From positions 1 to 15,235 of IMG/VR virus record IMGVR_UViG_3300012352_000399: a stretch of 15,235 nt of DNA; one strand, 5' to 3'. The notes below the pieces were generated by a model. That model searched no databases and had not been told where the DNA came from. It saw only the letters and a list, made by a program, of their open reading frames with translations. The translations under genes and the position numbers were made by a program. The stretch is from a virus. Shown here piece after piece: positions 6,601 to 14,358 of the stretch (position 1 is the stretch's first letter; every line of letters starts with the position of its first letter).

Positions 6601-9215
6601 GCAATACCTGGGTTTGAATTAAAGTTGCCTGGTACAAATACTTCTGCTTCTGGCATCATTGCTGATGCATCCATATGTAGGACCTGGTTATTTTCTCCAA
6701 TATCCCATCCTGGATTTTCGCCTTGGGCATCTGCGGTCATAGGATCAGCAAGATTTTCTGTGTTCTTTGTTGCCTCATAGTTAGGATTTAAGAATAATGC
6801 ATCCACTAACATTGGCGGAATAAATGGAAATACGTTTGCAAATTCTGCAGATACAATCATTGCTGGTTCTGCAATTGTTGGACCAAATCCTGCTGCTATT
6901 GTTGGATCAACTGCTAAAGCAGATACTGTCCATTCTGTTTGATTCTGTATTGCTTGGTAAAGATCAAATACATCATTTGCACCCAATGCACCTGGGATTA
7001 ATGCAAATTCATCAATGTATGTATCTTTAGATGCTGTTCCAGTAGAATTGTATTTGGTTTCTGCAGAGACACCCCATGCTCCGAAGTCAGTTAAATTTAC
7101 TGCAGCAGTAGACATAGTTGCTACTTCTTTTCCATCAAGATAGAGTTTAAATGAACTTCCATCTTTTACACCAACTGCATGGTGCCATTTATTGTCACCA
7201 ACATTTATAGTTGTAGTAAGGGAATCAGTATCTGTTGGGCCAAATCCTTGATTTATTCTAGCTGTTAAATGTCCAGTGGAACCAGACATTGCGATTGTAA
7301 TACCAGCTCCAATAAATCCATACATACCAGCAGAAAATAATATTTGTTCAAATGATGTGTAGCCATTTGCTTTAAAGACTACAGATGCTGTTTGACGATT
7401 ATCTGCTGAGTATAATCCATCTACTCCATCCCAATCACCTTGTAAATATGTATCTGCATTTGTAAATCTATAAGCTTTGCCGTTTAAAGAAGCATTTCCA
7501 AATGTTATGGCTTCTCCATTTATGCCAGCAGAAAATGCACGGATAGAACCAAAGTTAGTAGGAGTTCCAGTTGTATCATCTAGTCGATACTCAAGGCTTG
7601 GTGCGTATGAATTAGTTAGATCATTAAATGCACTTTCAAATCTAACGCGAGGTTGAACCATTCCAGCAGCAGCTTGAATTGGAACAGCCGCAGCTGCCAT
7701 AATTGCAGCTCTTTCTGTAGATGTAATTGTGTTGTATCCAGTTACAAACATATGAGATACATAGGCATACTTAGTATTAGCACCAGTTTGACCAGTTAAT
7801 CCAAATACAGCAGTACCTACAGCTGGACTATTATTGTTACCAGGTGTTGCAGTACTGATTTCTGTTCCATTATCAATACTAATCTTAATTGTATTTCCTG
7901 AAGCAGATCTCCTTGCATGAACAAAGTGCCAATTGTTGTCGCACCAATTTGTCTGATTATTTGATACGCTACTAGCTGTATAAGTTGTACCATTATGGTT
8001 CATAAGGAACCTAATGTATCCATCAGGTGTAGCACCTATTTGGTAGTTATTGTCAGTAAATAATTCTTGATAGGTTATAAAGTTAGTATCTTTTGCACCA
8101 AATCCAGATTCTGCTTTAAACCAGAATCCAATAGAAAATTCATTGTCTGTAATTTCTGGTGAGTAAGGTTCATTTGTTCCAAATGCTAGCTGTACAATAT
8201 TGTTTGGTGCACCTCTATTGCCTTTAAGCTTTAAGCCACCAGATCCTTGAATACCAAGTTGTGGCCCAGTTGTTGTTTCATTATAAAATGCCCATGCTGT
8301 TTCAGCATCTCCGCCGCTTCCGTAGTTATGAATCTTCTTTACTTCATCAAACTTATACCATTGTTCTAGTGATCTGGTTGCTAAATAGTCATCAAGCATA
8401 ACTGGAGTATCAAAGTTGGATACCTGAATGTCTCCAATATCTGCAGTAGCTGTTGCAGGTGTTTCAATAATTACTATTTCAGTTGATATTGCTGGATCTA
8501 CTGCAAGGGCTGATGCTGTAGATACTTCAGCTGTTGTAGTTCTATCTGCAAACTCCAACATATGATTTGCTACAAATGTATCTACCTGAGCAGTAGTTCT
8601 TGCGCTTCCATTGTAAAATGCATAAAAGTCAATTGTTGCTTCTGAATAGGCAGATGGAGATGCACCGCTTGAATTAGTATATGAACCAAGGTTAACAAAT
8701 CCACTATAATTTAAATTACCAAGTGTGCTTTTAGTTCCGATAAGAACGCCATCTACATATAATCTAAAGCCAGCTGTTCCATTATGATAAGAAACTACTA
8801 TATGATGAAATTTACCATCACAAAGATTGACTGATCCAGTTATAGAGTTTCCACCATAACTTACTGTATTAAATGTTGCTCTGATATAACCATTTGATGT
8901 AATTTGTATTGAAGTTGTTTGTAAAGATGATAACAAATATACATCAGAAGCTGGAGCTGAACTTCTTCTAAATACTATTTCATGTTCAAAATTATTAATA
9001 CCATATGATGCACCCCATTGATGTAATACACGGCCATCTGATCCAAAGTCATAAGATGCATTACCAGTAAGAGAGTTTGGATTTTGTGTAACAGTGCCAA
9101 ATTGACTAGAAGAAACAGAAAGTCCAGAATAATTTGCTTTTTCAGTTGAAGATGAGTCTAAGTTTGTTGCAAGTGTAAAGTTTCCGTCTGCTTGGGCTAC
9201 TGTATATAATGACAT
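3639..9215 (-). CDS. Giant 1858-aa virion protein with four LamG/concanavalin-A-like lectin repeats and an unassigned C-terminal region (putative tail fibre/spike or adhesin)
   Basis: This is an uninterrupted 5577-nt ORF. The LamG (Laminin_G_3-type) core signature W/F-H-H...LY-DG recurs four times: DGKFHHIVVSYHNGTAGFRLYVDG (aa 133-156), NNWHFVHARRSASGNTIKISIDNG (427-450), DNKWHHAVGVKDGSSFKLYLDGK (674-696) and DDGAWHHIIIQYGFDGRVQFWIDGQ (1115-1139). No SD precedes the ATG. Confidence 0.9.
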   Translation of the reverse strand: MSLYTVAQADGNFTLATNLDSSSTEKANYSGLSVSSSQFGTVTQNPNSLTGNASYDFGSDGRVLHQWGASYGINNFEHEIVFRRSSAPASDVYLLSSLQTTSIQITSNGYIRATFNTVSYGGNSITGSVNLCDGKFHHIVVSYHNGTAGFRLYVDGVLIGTKSTLGNLNYSGFVNLGSYTNSSGASPSAYSEATIDFYAFYNGSARTTAQVDTFVANHMLEFADRTTTAEVSTASALAVDPAISTEIVIIETPATATADIGDIQVSNFDTPVMLDDYLATRSLEQWYKFDEVKKIHNYGSGGDAETAWAFYNETTTGPQLGIQGSGGLKLKGNRGAPNNIVQLAFGTNEPYSPEITDNEFSIGFWFKAESGFGAKDTNFITYQELFTDNNYQIGATPDGYIRFLMNHNGTTYTASSVSNNQTNWCDNNWHFVHARRSASGNTIKISIDNGTEISTATPGNNNSPAVGTAVFGLTGQTGANTKYAYVSHMFVTGYNTITSTERAAIMAAAAVPIQAAAGMVQPRVRFESAFNDLTNSYAPSLEYRLDDTTGTPTNFGSIRAFSAGINGEAITFGNASLNGKAYRFTNADTYLQGDWDGVDGLYSADNRQTASVVFKANGYTSFEQILFSAGMYGFIGAGITIAMSGSTGHLTARINQGFGPTDTDSLTTTINVGDNKWHHAVGVKDGSSFKLYLDGKEVATMSTAAVNLTDFGAWGVSAETKYNSTGTASKDTYIDEFALIPGALGANDVFDLYQAIQNQTEWTVSALAVDPTIAAGFGPTIAEPAMIVSAEFANVFPFIPPMLVDALFLNPNYEATKNTENLADPMTADAQGENPGWDIGENNQVLHMDASAMMPEAEVFVPGNFNSNPGIATAEMVDPAISSTLGALIVAQSIPVQAIFVSPPAYKLITDDIWYQKLYLQHSVVNGERWKTDNLAGSAGTSSASAFLKLFDDVTQSIGGANTNKIINNLPRSIVTDTPTDTSTDTQYAVATNAFQTATPTPVLEVGTFDDYERKAVRFRNIQFSIPENNYVSNNGYSLEFTFKSTKANQVMAQGFQQSFIGYQSATSSIGLIDGKLYATRATQGIGEARIFAHPDNTSIAKYSFVTAYGNKRIDDGAWHHIIIQYGFDGRVQFWIDGQLDIQFFADSNFASGAGIRPYIIGSNHSNTRWQSDFETSAWSYDAAFFVESDEVTDHYTASIKYEPVHAEPATATAEIAQESKAAGNRGRALMLYFWPTSSPQTGTPFGTGPYTSDESPDTLTTLDYFTAPPQEFEGWDVFPVDITGKWVSDLVKVEAYGGVENIGKTNFIQFVSQSQNTTNAPYALVNKRRTFRDPLTDAPRYIDLINDIDLSKFDMIMFKNYPNDPNEKDAFTGAEVVDAYFNLRESKIFEDFVKSLRAAVDTGISLMVANAQLALDLKIVDRVETVPDMDDNVGQGNYSDPYSPTQMFGIEGAADLPVPPEYDEPLGWEDTWKNNRTRIVNTHPDITDYPALVKTQAAYWVSTDEYRWGGADRQFAKYEHKDALAVGDEFLISTTGARANNNRSGYLATPFENVKAGKIITAFANTVRRGLDLIENPYRNYAQSIIIEPGDVLDGTQVGGKIYVNFTEEINKCLESGVVEFTSVYWVNYAYENGIITLETRDELLAQDFVEAETPYWSLNGMHLLQQRSGDFELDTNFNKAGVQKETVKVRKINKNGGLSFRSVPQGSVFFASTYSWQYPTVSFEVPSMPTRGFRWLSNREFLEGTVVRPQAFAATAEMPNATEIVDKFNDFAAQSMVATATLPETNFTSGITKILVLPMEANATIVKPGSTIAAPTMVANAGMFANSRSNVASEDQVVLQIIHVDPILYIREDVIK

Positions 9216-9246
9216 AAAAATAGGCTGCTGGCGTTATGCCGCAGCC
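9216..9246 (-). terminator. Intrinsic-terminator-like hairpin plus T-run immediately upstream of the giant ORF
   Basis: The minus strand reads GGCTGCGGC-ATAAC-GCC(A)GCAGCC followed by TATTTTT and then the giant-ORF ATG. The stem is 9 bp and GC-rich with one bulge and a 5-nt loop. The stop codon of the 66-aa ORF lies in the loop. Confidence 0.5.
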
Positions 9247-9434
9247 CGTACTCCAATTCTGAATGATTCTGGGTTGATTGTTGAAATGCTGTGTCCGCCT
9301 ATAGAAATGATTGGAGCAAAGGAGAGGTTGGAGACTACTGGAGTAAGATCACCAGAAAGAGACTCTACAGTAATTTGGACTACGACTAGTTCGCAACTTG
9401 CGATTAGTGCGCCAACCTCTACCTTTGCATCCAT
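9234..9434 (-). CDS. Small hypothetical protein, 66 aa (capsid-module ORF)
   Basis: It is co-oriented, fills the gap between the 143-aa gene and the giant ORF, and has AAGG upstream overlapping the previous stop. It shares the higher G+C of the capsid block. A plus-strand ORF also overlaps here, so coding status is unsure. Confidence 0.4.
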   Translation of the reverse strand: MDAKVEVGALIASCELVVVQITVESLSGDLTPVVSNLSFAPIISIGGHSISTINPESFRIGVRAAA

Positions 9435-9445
9435 GCGTAATTACC

Positions 9446-9877
9446 TTACGCTACAGTGATTCGAACAATACCAGTCGAATCCCATGTGATTGTGAAGTTA
9501 CCATTGGTTGAAGACTGGTCTGAACCGAAGTCTACGTATCCAATGAGAGCTGATGTGCTTGATGTGCCTGTTGAATCATATACAACTGCATAACGAGCTG
9601 TGATAGTTGATGAAGACCATGTAACATCTGCAGCGTCAAGAACGATTACGTTTGTGCCTGAATCGTATGTTGCTGTCTTAGATGCTAGTGTGATTCCACC
9701 AGCTGTGTAACCTGTACCTGTTACTTCGTATGTAGAAACATCGTTGAAGTAATCATGTGTATCTTGGTTAGGTGTGTAGGATGAAGTAAGTAGAGCAACC
9801 TTGATTGTGTCAGAGTCGAAATCTACTTCCTTGTTGAGTGCCTTAAGTAGGAAGTTACCGTATAGTTTAGAAGCCAT
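9446..9877 (-). CDS. Conserved-looking structural protein, 143 aa (capsid decoration, head fibre or other virion protein; function unassigned)
   Basis: It lies directly after the major capsid gene and has an AGGGGGA SD. The composition is beta-rich and Thr/Ser/Gly-rich (YEVTGTGYTAGGITLASKTATYDSGTNVIVLDAADVTW), typical of virion surface proteins. Confidence 0.6.
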   Translation of the reverse strand: MASKLYGNFLLKALNKEVDFDSDTIKVALLTSSYTPNQDTHDYFNDVSTYEVTGTGYTAGGITLASKTATYDSGTNVIVLDAADVTWSSSTITARYAVVYDSTGTSSTSALIGYVDFGSDQSSTNGNFTITWDSTGIVRITVA

Positions 9878-9891
9878 TAGTCATTTCCCCC

Positions 9892-10797
9892 TTACGCTGA
9901 AGTCTTGCGAACGATTGCGAACGCTTCAGGAGCCGCTACTGCGAATCCACGACGAACACGAGTCTTTAGCAAGACGCCATCCTTTGAAAAGTCTGCATCA
10001 CGAGAGATTGCAGATTCTACTGTGCTACGAACACCGTTGATCATCATTTGGCGGTTACCAACGATAAGCAATGGGTCTCCTGTTGGAGCTGATGTAGCTG
10101 CAGCTGAAGTTGCTGCACCGTATGAGATTACTAGTGGGTATCCGAATAATGATCCTGGACGAGCACCTAGTGGATCTGGAAGAACAAGGTTTCCACCTGT
10201 TGTTTCCATCTGACGAATGAGGTTAAGCATCTTTGGGTGAACGATAACAACTGTGTTAGCTGCATCGAAGTACTTTGACTCTTCTGCCTTGCCTAGAGCG
10301 TTAGAAATATCTGCGAACTCTAGATCTCCTGCAGTTGAAATGATGTTTGCACCTGAGTTGTACTGTGAAACTGAATAGTAAACAGAGTTGAACGGCTGTC
10401 CGTCATCTCCGTCGCCTACAGCTGTTACACCAAGGCATGCATTGTCATACTTACGAGCCCACTGTGAAGCCCATTCTCTCTTGTATGTGTTGAGTGTGTC
10501 AACGAGTGAATCGTTAACATCTTCCTCTGAAATGTTGAAAATCTGTGCGTACTTCTTAGCTGTAAGAACTACCTCATCCAGAGTTGTATCTGAATTAGGA
10601 ATATCTACGCCTTCTGCTACGATTGTTGGTGCATCTGATACGAAGCGTGGAACGCCCTTTGTACGAGATGACATATTCTCACGACGAGCAAATGCTTCTA
10701 CTACAGAGTTAGCTGTTGTTGCTTGAATAGCAACTGAGCCTTTTTCCTCTGGAATATAGCCATTACCTTCTGTGAGATCTGTGCGACCTGCGGCCAT
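9892..10797 (-). CDS. Major capsid protein, HK97 fold (Phage_capsid family)
   Basis: It is 301 aa with a strong SD (AAAGGAGATTAACATG) and follows the scaffold gene. The segment TLDEVVLTAKKYAQIFNISEEDVNDSLVD matches the characteristic HK97-family pattern (..L.a.K.a....is.El..Ds). Confidence 0.85.
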   Translation of the reverse strand: MAAGRTDLTEGNGYIPEEKGSVAIQATTANSVVEAFARRENMSSRTKGVPRFVSDAPTIVAEGVDIPNSDTTLDEVVLTAKKYAQIFNISEEDVNDSLVDTLNTYKREWASQWARKYDNACLGVTAVGDGDDGQPFNSVYYSVSQYNSGANIISTAGDLEFADISNALGKAEESKYFDAANTVVIVHPKMLNLIRQMETTGGNLVLPDPLGARPGSLFGYPLVISYGAATSAAATSAPTGDPLLIVGNRQMMINGVRSTVESAISRDADFSKDGVLLKTRVRRGFAVAAPEAFAIVRKTSA

Positions 10798-10820
10798 GTT
10801 AATCTCCTTTTAATTAGTTA

Positions 10821-10902
10821 ATTTGGGTTTTTGAACATATAATCGTCCGAATATATTAATCGCAACCCAAATGTCCATTTGGAGCTGCATAAGACAATTA
10901 TA
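10821..10902 (-). promoter_or_regulatory. Structured leader upstream of the capsid gene, with a perfect TATAAT hexamer and mutually exclusive hairpins
   Basis: On the minus strand, TATAAT (10902..10897) lies 10 nt after the scaffold stop, with only a poor -35. Downstream, CCAAAT-GGAC-ATTTGG forms a 6-bp hairpin, and ATTTGGGTT pairs with AACCCAAAT 34 nt further on (9 bp). The two structures share the ATTTGG segment. Confidence 0.3.
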
Positions 10903-10911
10903 CCGTACTTA

Positions 10912-11361
10912 TTATTTCTTTAAAACCATTTTTGCTTGCAAATCTGATGCAGATTGAGGAACTTCTAATGAAGCAGCTACTCCTGAGTCAGCTTTACCAG
11001 CTACAATGAATTTTGGATCGAATAATTCTGGGAAGTCTGTCTTTAATGTGCTGATTTGCTCATCAAGACCTGCAACCTCAAAATCTTCAGTTAAAGATAA
11101 TGCATCCATCTTAATATACTTATTTAGTTTATCTCCATGGGCAATACCTAATGATGCAAGATGTTTATTAACATGCTCCATCACTAACTTTGACTGGAAT
11201 TGGGAAATCTTGGAGACTGATTCATTTACCTGTGCCTCCAAGGCTTCCTTTTCCAATCTAAACTTCTTTGCCTCCGCCTTCGCTTTATCTAAAGCATCTA
11301 AGACGGCTTTAGGATCACGAATCTCGTCAGATGTACCTTCTACTTGATTCTGTTCTTCCAT
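10912..11361 (-). CDS. Scaffolding protein (149 aa, coiled-coil)
   Basis: It sits between the portal and capsid genes. It is acidic and Lys/Glu/Ala-rich with heptad-like character (DALDKAKAEAKKFRLEKEALEAQVNESVSKISQFQSKL). Confidence 0.7.
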   Translation of the reverse strand: MEEQNQVEGTSDEIRDPKAVLDALDKAKAEAKKFRLEKEALEAQVNESVSKISQFQSKLVMEHVNKHLASLGIAHGDKLNKYIKMDALSLTEDFEVAGLDEQISTLKTDFPELFDPKFIVAGKADSGVAASLEVPQSASDLQAKMVLKK

Positions 11362-11362
11362 T

Positions 11363-12769
11363 TTATTCTCCTGTATTGTTTTGCTCAGCGGCTACCTGTT
11401 GTAGTGCCAAGTTGTTTGTATTTAATCCAGTTCCACGCAAAGCAACCTCTGTTGAGTTTGCATTGTCTGTTGTATTTGCCATTGCTTCATCAGCAATAAT
11501 CTTTGCAATTTCTGGGTCATATCCAAGCTCAAGAAGGATCTGCTCCAAAGGAACTCCTACTGACTTCTTGCGAACTGCGATATCCCATTGGTCTAGAGAA
11601 TCGATTGATTCTGGAGACTTCCAATCAATATCTACATCAGCAACAATGCCTTCGATCTTAAGCATAAACTTAAATAGATCTCTCCATGTTGAACCAAGAG
11701 CAAGCTGGCGGTTAAGAACCTTCTTGAATAATGGTGCTTCAGCTACACGCAAAGCTTGTCCTGATGGAAGGTATGTTGTGCTTGAGAAGTAATGAACTGG
11801 AGTTGATGTAATTGCAGCCATGTCTGAAACAAACTCATTAACTGGGTTTGTAAATGTTGATGGGTCTGCTGCTGGGAATTGTCCAACAGATTGAACTCCT
11901 TGCAAGTACCAGAGTTGTCCTGGACCATTTTGCAATGCTCCAATGTTTTCTCTAGCTGTATCATCTTCTGAGAAGTCATCTATTTCAGATGAGCTTCCAC
12001 CATTTGATAATGCATAACGCTGTGGAGCACCCTGATAGTCTACTGTCATCATGTGAGTTGATATCAGCTTGTTGATAGCATCCTGTGGGCCAAATGCATC
12101 AGCATGCTCTGGTCTTCCGTATGGCTTATTTGTTCTGAAATGGAAAACTGGAATTTCATTCCAAGGATTAACCACAGTTTCAACCAAAGTAAGATTTGGC
12201 AGCCCATTTAGAGAATCAAGTTCACCTAGACCCTCATACTTTTCAATTCTATCTGTGTAATACATATTGATCTTGATAACTTTGCGGTCAGCGGCATCTG
12301 TAATCTGCCACATCTTTGTTGCAAATGACTTAACACGAGGGTTCTCCTGATCATATACAAGAGTAGTAGTCATTGGTGAGTTGTAATCTATTGCTAGATT
12401 CCCGTCCATATCTGGCCATACAATTGCATAGCAATCGCCATAAACAAGTGCATTTCTATGAATTTCGTTAATATCAAGCTTCAAATCTGTCTGTTCCCAG
12501 ATTTTATTAATATATGCGTCTCCTGCTGGGCTAGTTGTCTCAACTTGCTCAATTTCTAGACGATTGTGTACTGCATCTACTACAGTCTTGCTAAAATTGA
12601 ATCTAAACGGAGTAACTCCCGAAAATCTTGACTGTTCGTTTCTAAATAATCTGTACCAGCGTTGATGAGTAAATACTTCATCATTTGCGCCTTCGTAATA
12701 CGCTTCAGCGACCATATATCGATCTCTTTTGTTAATTATCTGGTCTAAAGCTAATTTAATATCTGACAT
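11363..12769 (-). CDS. Portal protein (SPP1 gp6-like)
   Basis: It is 468 aa, lies immediately after terL, and has a strong SD (AAGGAGATAAAATG). The N-terminal AEAYYEGANDEVF motif and overall layout are typical of gp6-like portals. Confidence 0.85.
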   Translation of the reverse strand: MSDIKLALDQIINKRDRYMVAEAYYEGANDEVFTHQRWYRLFRNEQSRFSGVTPFRFNFSKTVVDAVHNRLEIEQVETTSPAGDAYINKIWEQTDLKLDINEIHRNALVYGDCYAIVWPDMDGNLAIDYNSPMTTTLVYDQENPRVKSFATKMWQITDAADRKVIKINMYYTDRIEKYEGLGELDSLNGLPNLTLVETVVNPWNEIPVFHFRTNKPYGRPEHADAFGPQDAINKLISTHMMTVDYQGAPQRYALSNGGSSSEIDDFSEDDTARENIGALQNGPGQLWYLQGVQSVGQFPAADPSTFTNPVNEFVSDMAAITSTPVHYFSSTTYLPSGQALRVAEAPLFKKVLNRQLALGSTWRDLFKFMLKIEGIVADVDIDWKSPESIDSLDQWDIAVRKKSVGVPLEQILLELGYDPEIAKIIADEAMANTTDNANSTEVALRGTGLNTNNLALQQVAAEQNNTGE

Positions 12770-12770
12770 T

Positions 12771-14261
12771 TTATCTCCTTAAGTAATTTAATTGCTTTAC
12801 AAATACTTTTGGAGTACTGTTATCCAAGAAGTATAGAATTCCTGACACTACTGCGTCCAGTACGTCATCGTGGCTTACCTTTGGGAATGACCACATTTGT
12901 TCTTCTAGAGCTGGGAAGTGTTGTGTATGTCTAACTTTGCCTTGCTGATAGAAGTTCAAAGCTTTTCCTGCACGGATTTGCTTTGATACGGATTGTCGAA
13001 TTGATTTGTAGCGAACTGGTATATGTTTAAACACATCTTGCCACAAATCGCCTCCCTGGTTTGTTTCTACGTATATAATACCAGGATTGTATGTTTCAAC
13101 CAAGGCTGAAACTCTGTCTGCTAGTTCAGATGGAGATACTTTAAGTTGAAATGCATCTCTTACATAAATGTTTCCATCTTCACCTCTGCTCAATACAGCA
13201 ATACCTGTATAGTCAGAAACTTTATTCTTTGTAACTGCAGGGTCAATAGATATGATCGTATTGCCGTAGTCCTCTTGATTTTCAATAATTACATCTTCAT
13301 ATGTCCAGAAATTACCATCAAGGTTCACAGGTTTGTTCATATAGTTCTTTGCGAAGTCTCTGAGGTGTCTTTGGCTGTTCAACCAGTCTAGAGGCCACTT
13401 CTCAGGCCATACAGAGCGTTCTGAGCCATCTTCAGCTGTCATAATGGCTGGATAGTAGTGTACGGCCACATTCTGGTCTGTAATCCACTCCAGTGCCTTA
13501 TCACGCTGGCCCTCAGAATGCTTTCTAAACTCATCCATCATAGAGTTTGGCATGGTTGTAGTACCCACAATAATCATGCGGGCATATATATTCATTGGGG
13601 CAATGTCGTCAAATACTGTTCTACGCTGCTGTCCTGCTTGGTATTCGGAGTAGTTCTTTTCACCTTTTTCGATATCATCAAGAATAATGAGGTCAGGGCG
13701 TTGGCCAAATACCTTTTTACCCAGTGAGTTAGTATCAATACCATTAGCGTCGAAGATAAAATCATTTGATTGAATAATACGCCAAGCGTTTGCTGCAAGG
13801 GAACGCCCAGTTGAACCGACAATCTTAGGTGTGCATAGTTCTGGGTAATCTGCTTTGAGATATTCATTAGTTTCCAATTCATTTTTAAAAGTAAGTAAGT
13901 GCGTCTCAGCTTGAGAAGCAGCATCTGAAAAAGCAGCCACAAATTTAATGTGACCATGGGCGGCGGCCCACATAGGTAGAATCAAAAAGATCCAGGTTGA
14001 CTTGCCACATTCTCTAGGAGCAATAAATGCATCTCTATTTTGCTTAGGAGAAGTTGGCTTATTGATCCAAGTCTTTCCATATTCAGCCAAATCCCAGTGA
14101 AATTCCGAAAGAGTGAGTTCATCTTCCATATTCTTTAAGTGATGTGGCAAATAAGTAAGCGCAAAGAGCATTGGATCATATTTAGTAAGTTCCCGCCTAC
14201 CTTCTGAATATGCCATCAATTCTGGATTAATGTCTTCCATGTATTTTGTTATATCATACAT
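12771..14261 (-). CDS. terL: Terminase large subunit
   Basis: It is 496 aa with a Walker A-like APRECGKST (aa 81-89) and Walker B LIILDDIE. The C-terminal nuclease-like region contains conserved acidic residues (ISIDPA..., HDDVLDAV). Confidence 0.92.
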   Translation of the reverse strand: MYDITKYMEDINPELMAYSEGRRELTKYDPMLFALTYLPHHLKNMEDELTLSEFHWDLAEYGKTWINKPTSPKQNRDAFIAPRECGKSTWIFLILPMWAAAHGHIKFVAAFSDAASQAETHLLTFKNELETNEYLKADYPELCTPKIVGSTGRSLAANAWRIIQSNDFIFDANGIDTNSLGKKVFGQRPDLIILDDIEKGEKNYSEYQAGQQRRTVFDDIAPMNIYARMIIVGTTTMPNSMMDEFRKHSEGQRDKALEWITDQNVAVHYYPAIMTAEDGSERSVWPEKWPLDWLNSQRHLRDFAKNYMNKPVNLDGNFWTYEDVIIENQEDYGNTIISIDPAVTKNKVSDYTGIAVLSRGEDGNIYVRDAFQLKVSPSELADRVSALVETYNPGIIYVETNQGGDLWQDVFKHIPVRYKSIRQSVSKQIRAGKALNFYQQGKVRHTQHFPALEEQMWSFPKVSHDDVLDAVVSGILYFLDNSTPKVFVKQLNYLRR

Positions 14262-14358
14262 TTTTACTGTCCAAATTTATTCTCAGTGGCAAAATTTATA
14301 TTTTTAAATTTAAGTACATTTCGGGTGGTCTGCATGCAATTGTCGACATATCTACTTA

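Noticed and set aside
1926-13957. Minus-strand ORFs nested in alternative frames (1926..2108, 3917..4126, 5999..6364, 11743..11979, 13592..13957).
   Set aside because: They are fully embedded in the 238-aa, giant, portal and terL ORFs. Their products are Gln/Leu-rich low-complexity translations typical of off-frame reading of AT-rich coding DNA, with no independent RBS.
14262-14358. The 97-nt terS-terL gap as a promoter or pac site (TTGCAT...TACTTA; AT palindrome AAATTTA-N6-TAAATTT).
   Set aside because: The hexamers match consensus poorly, and the palindrome is pure A/T in an AT-rich spacer. There is not enough signal to call a feature.
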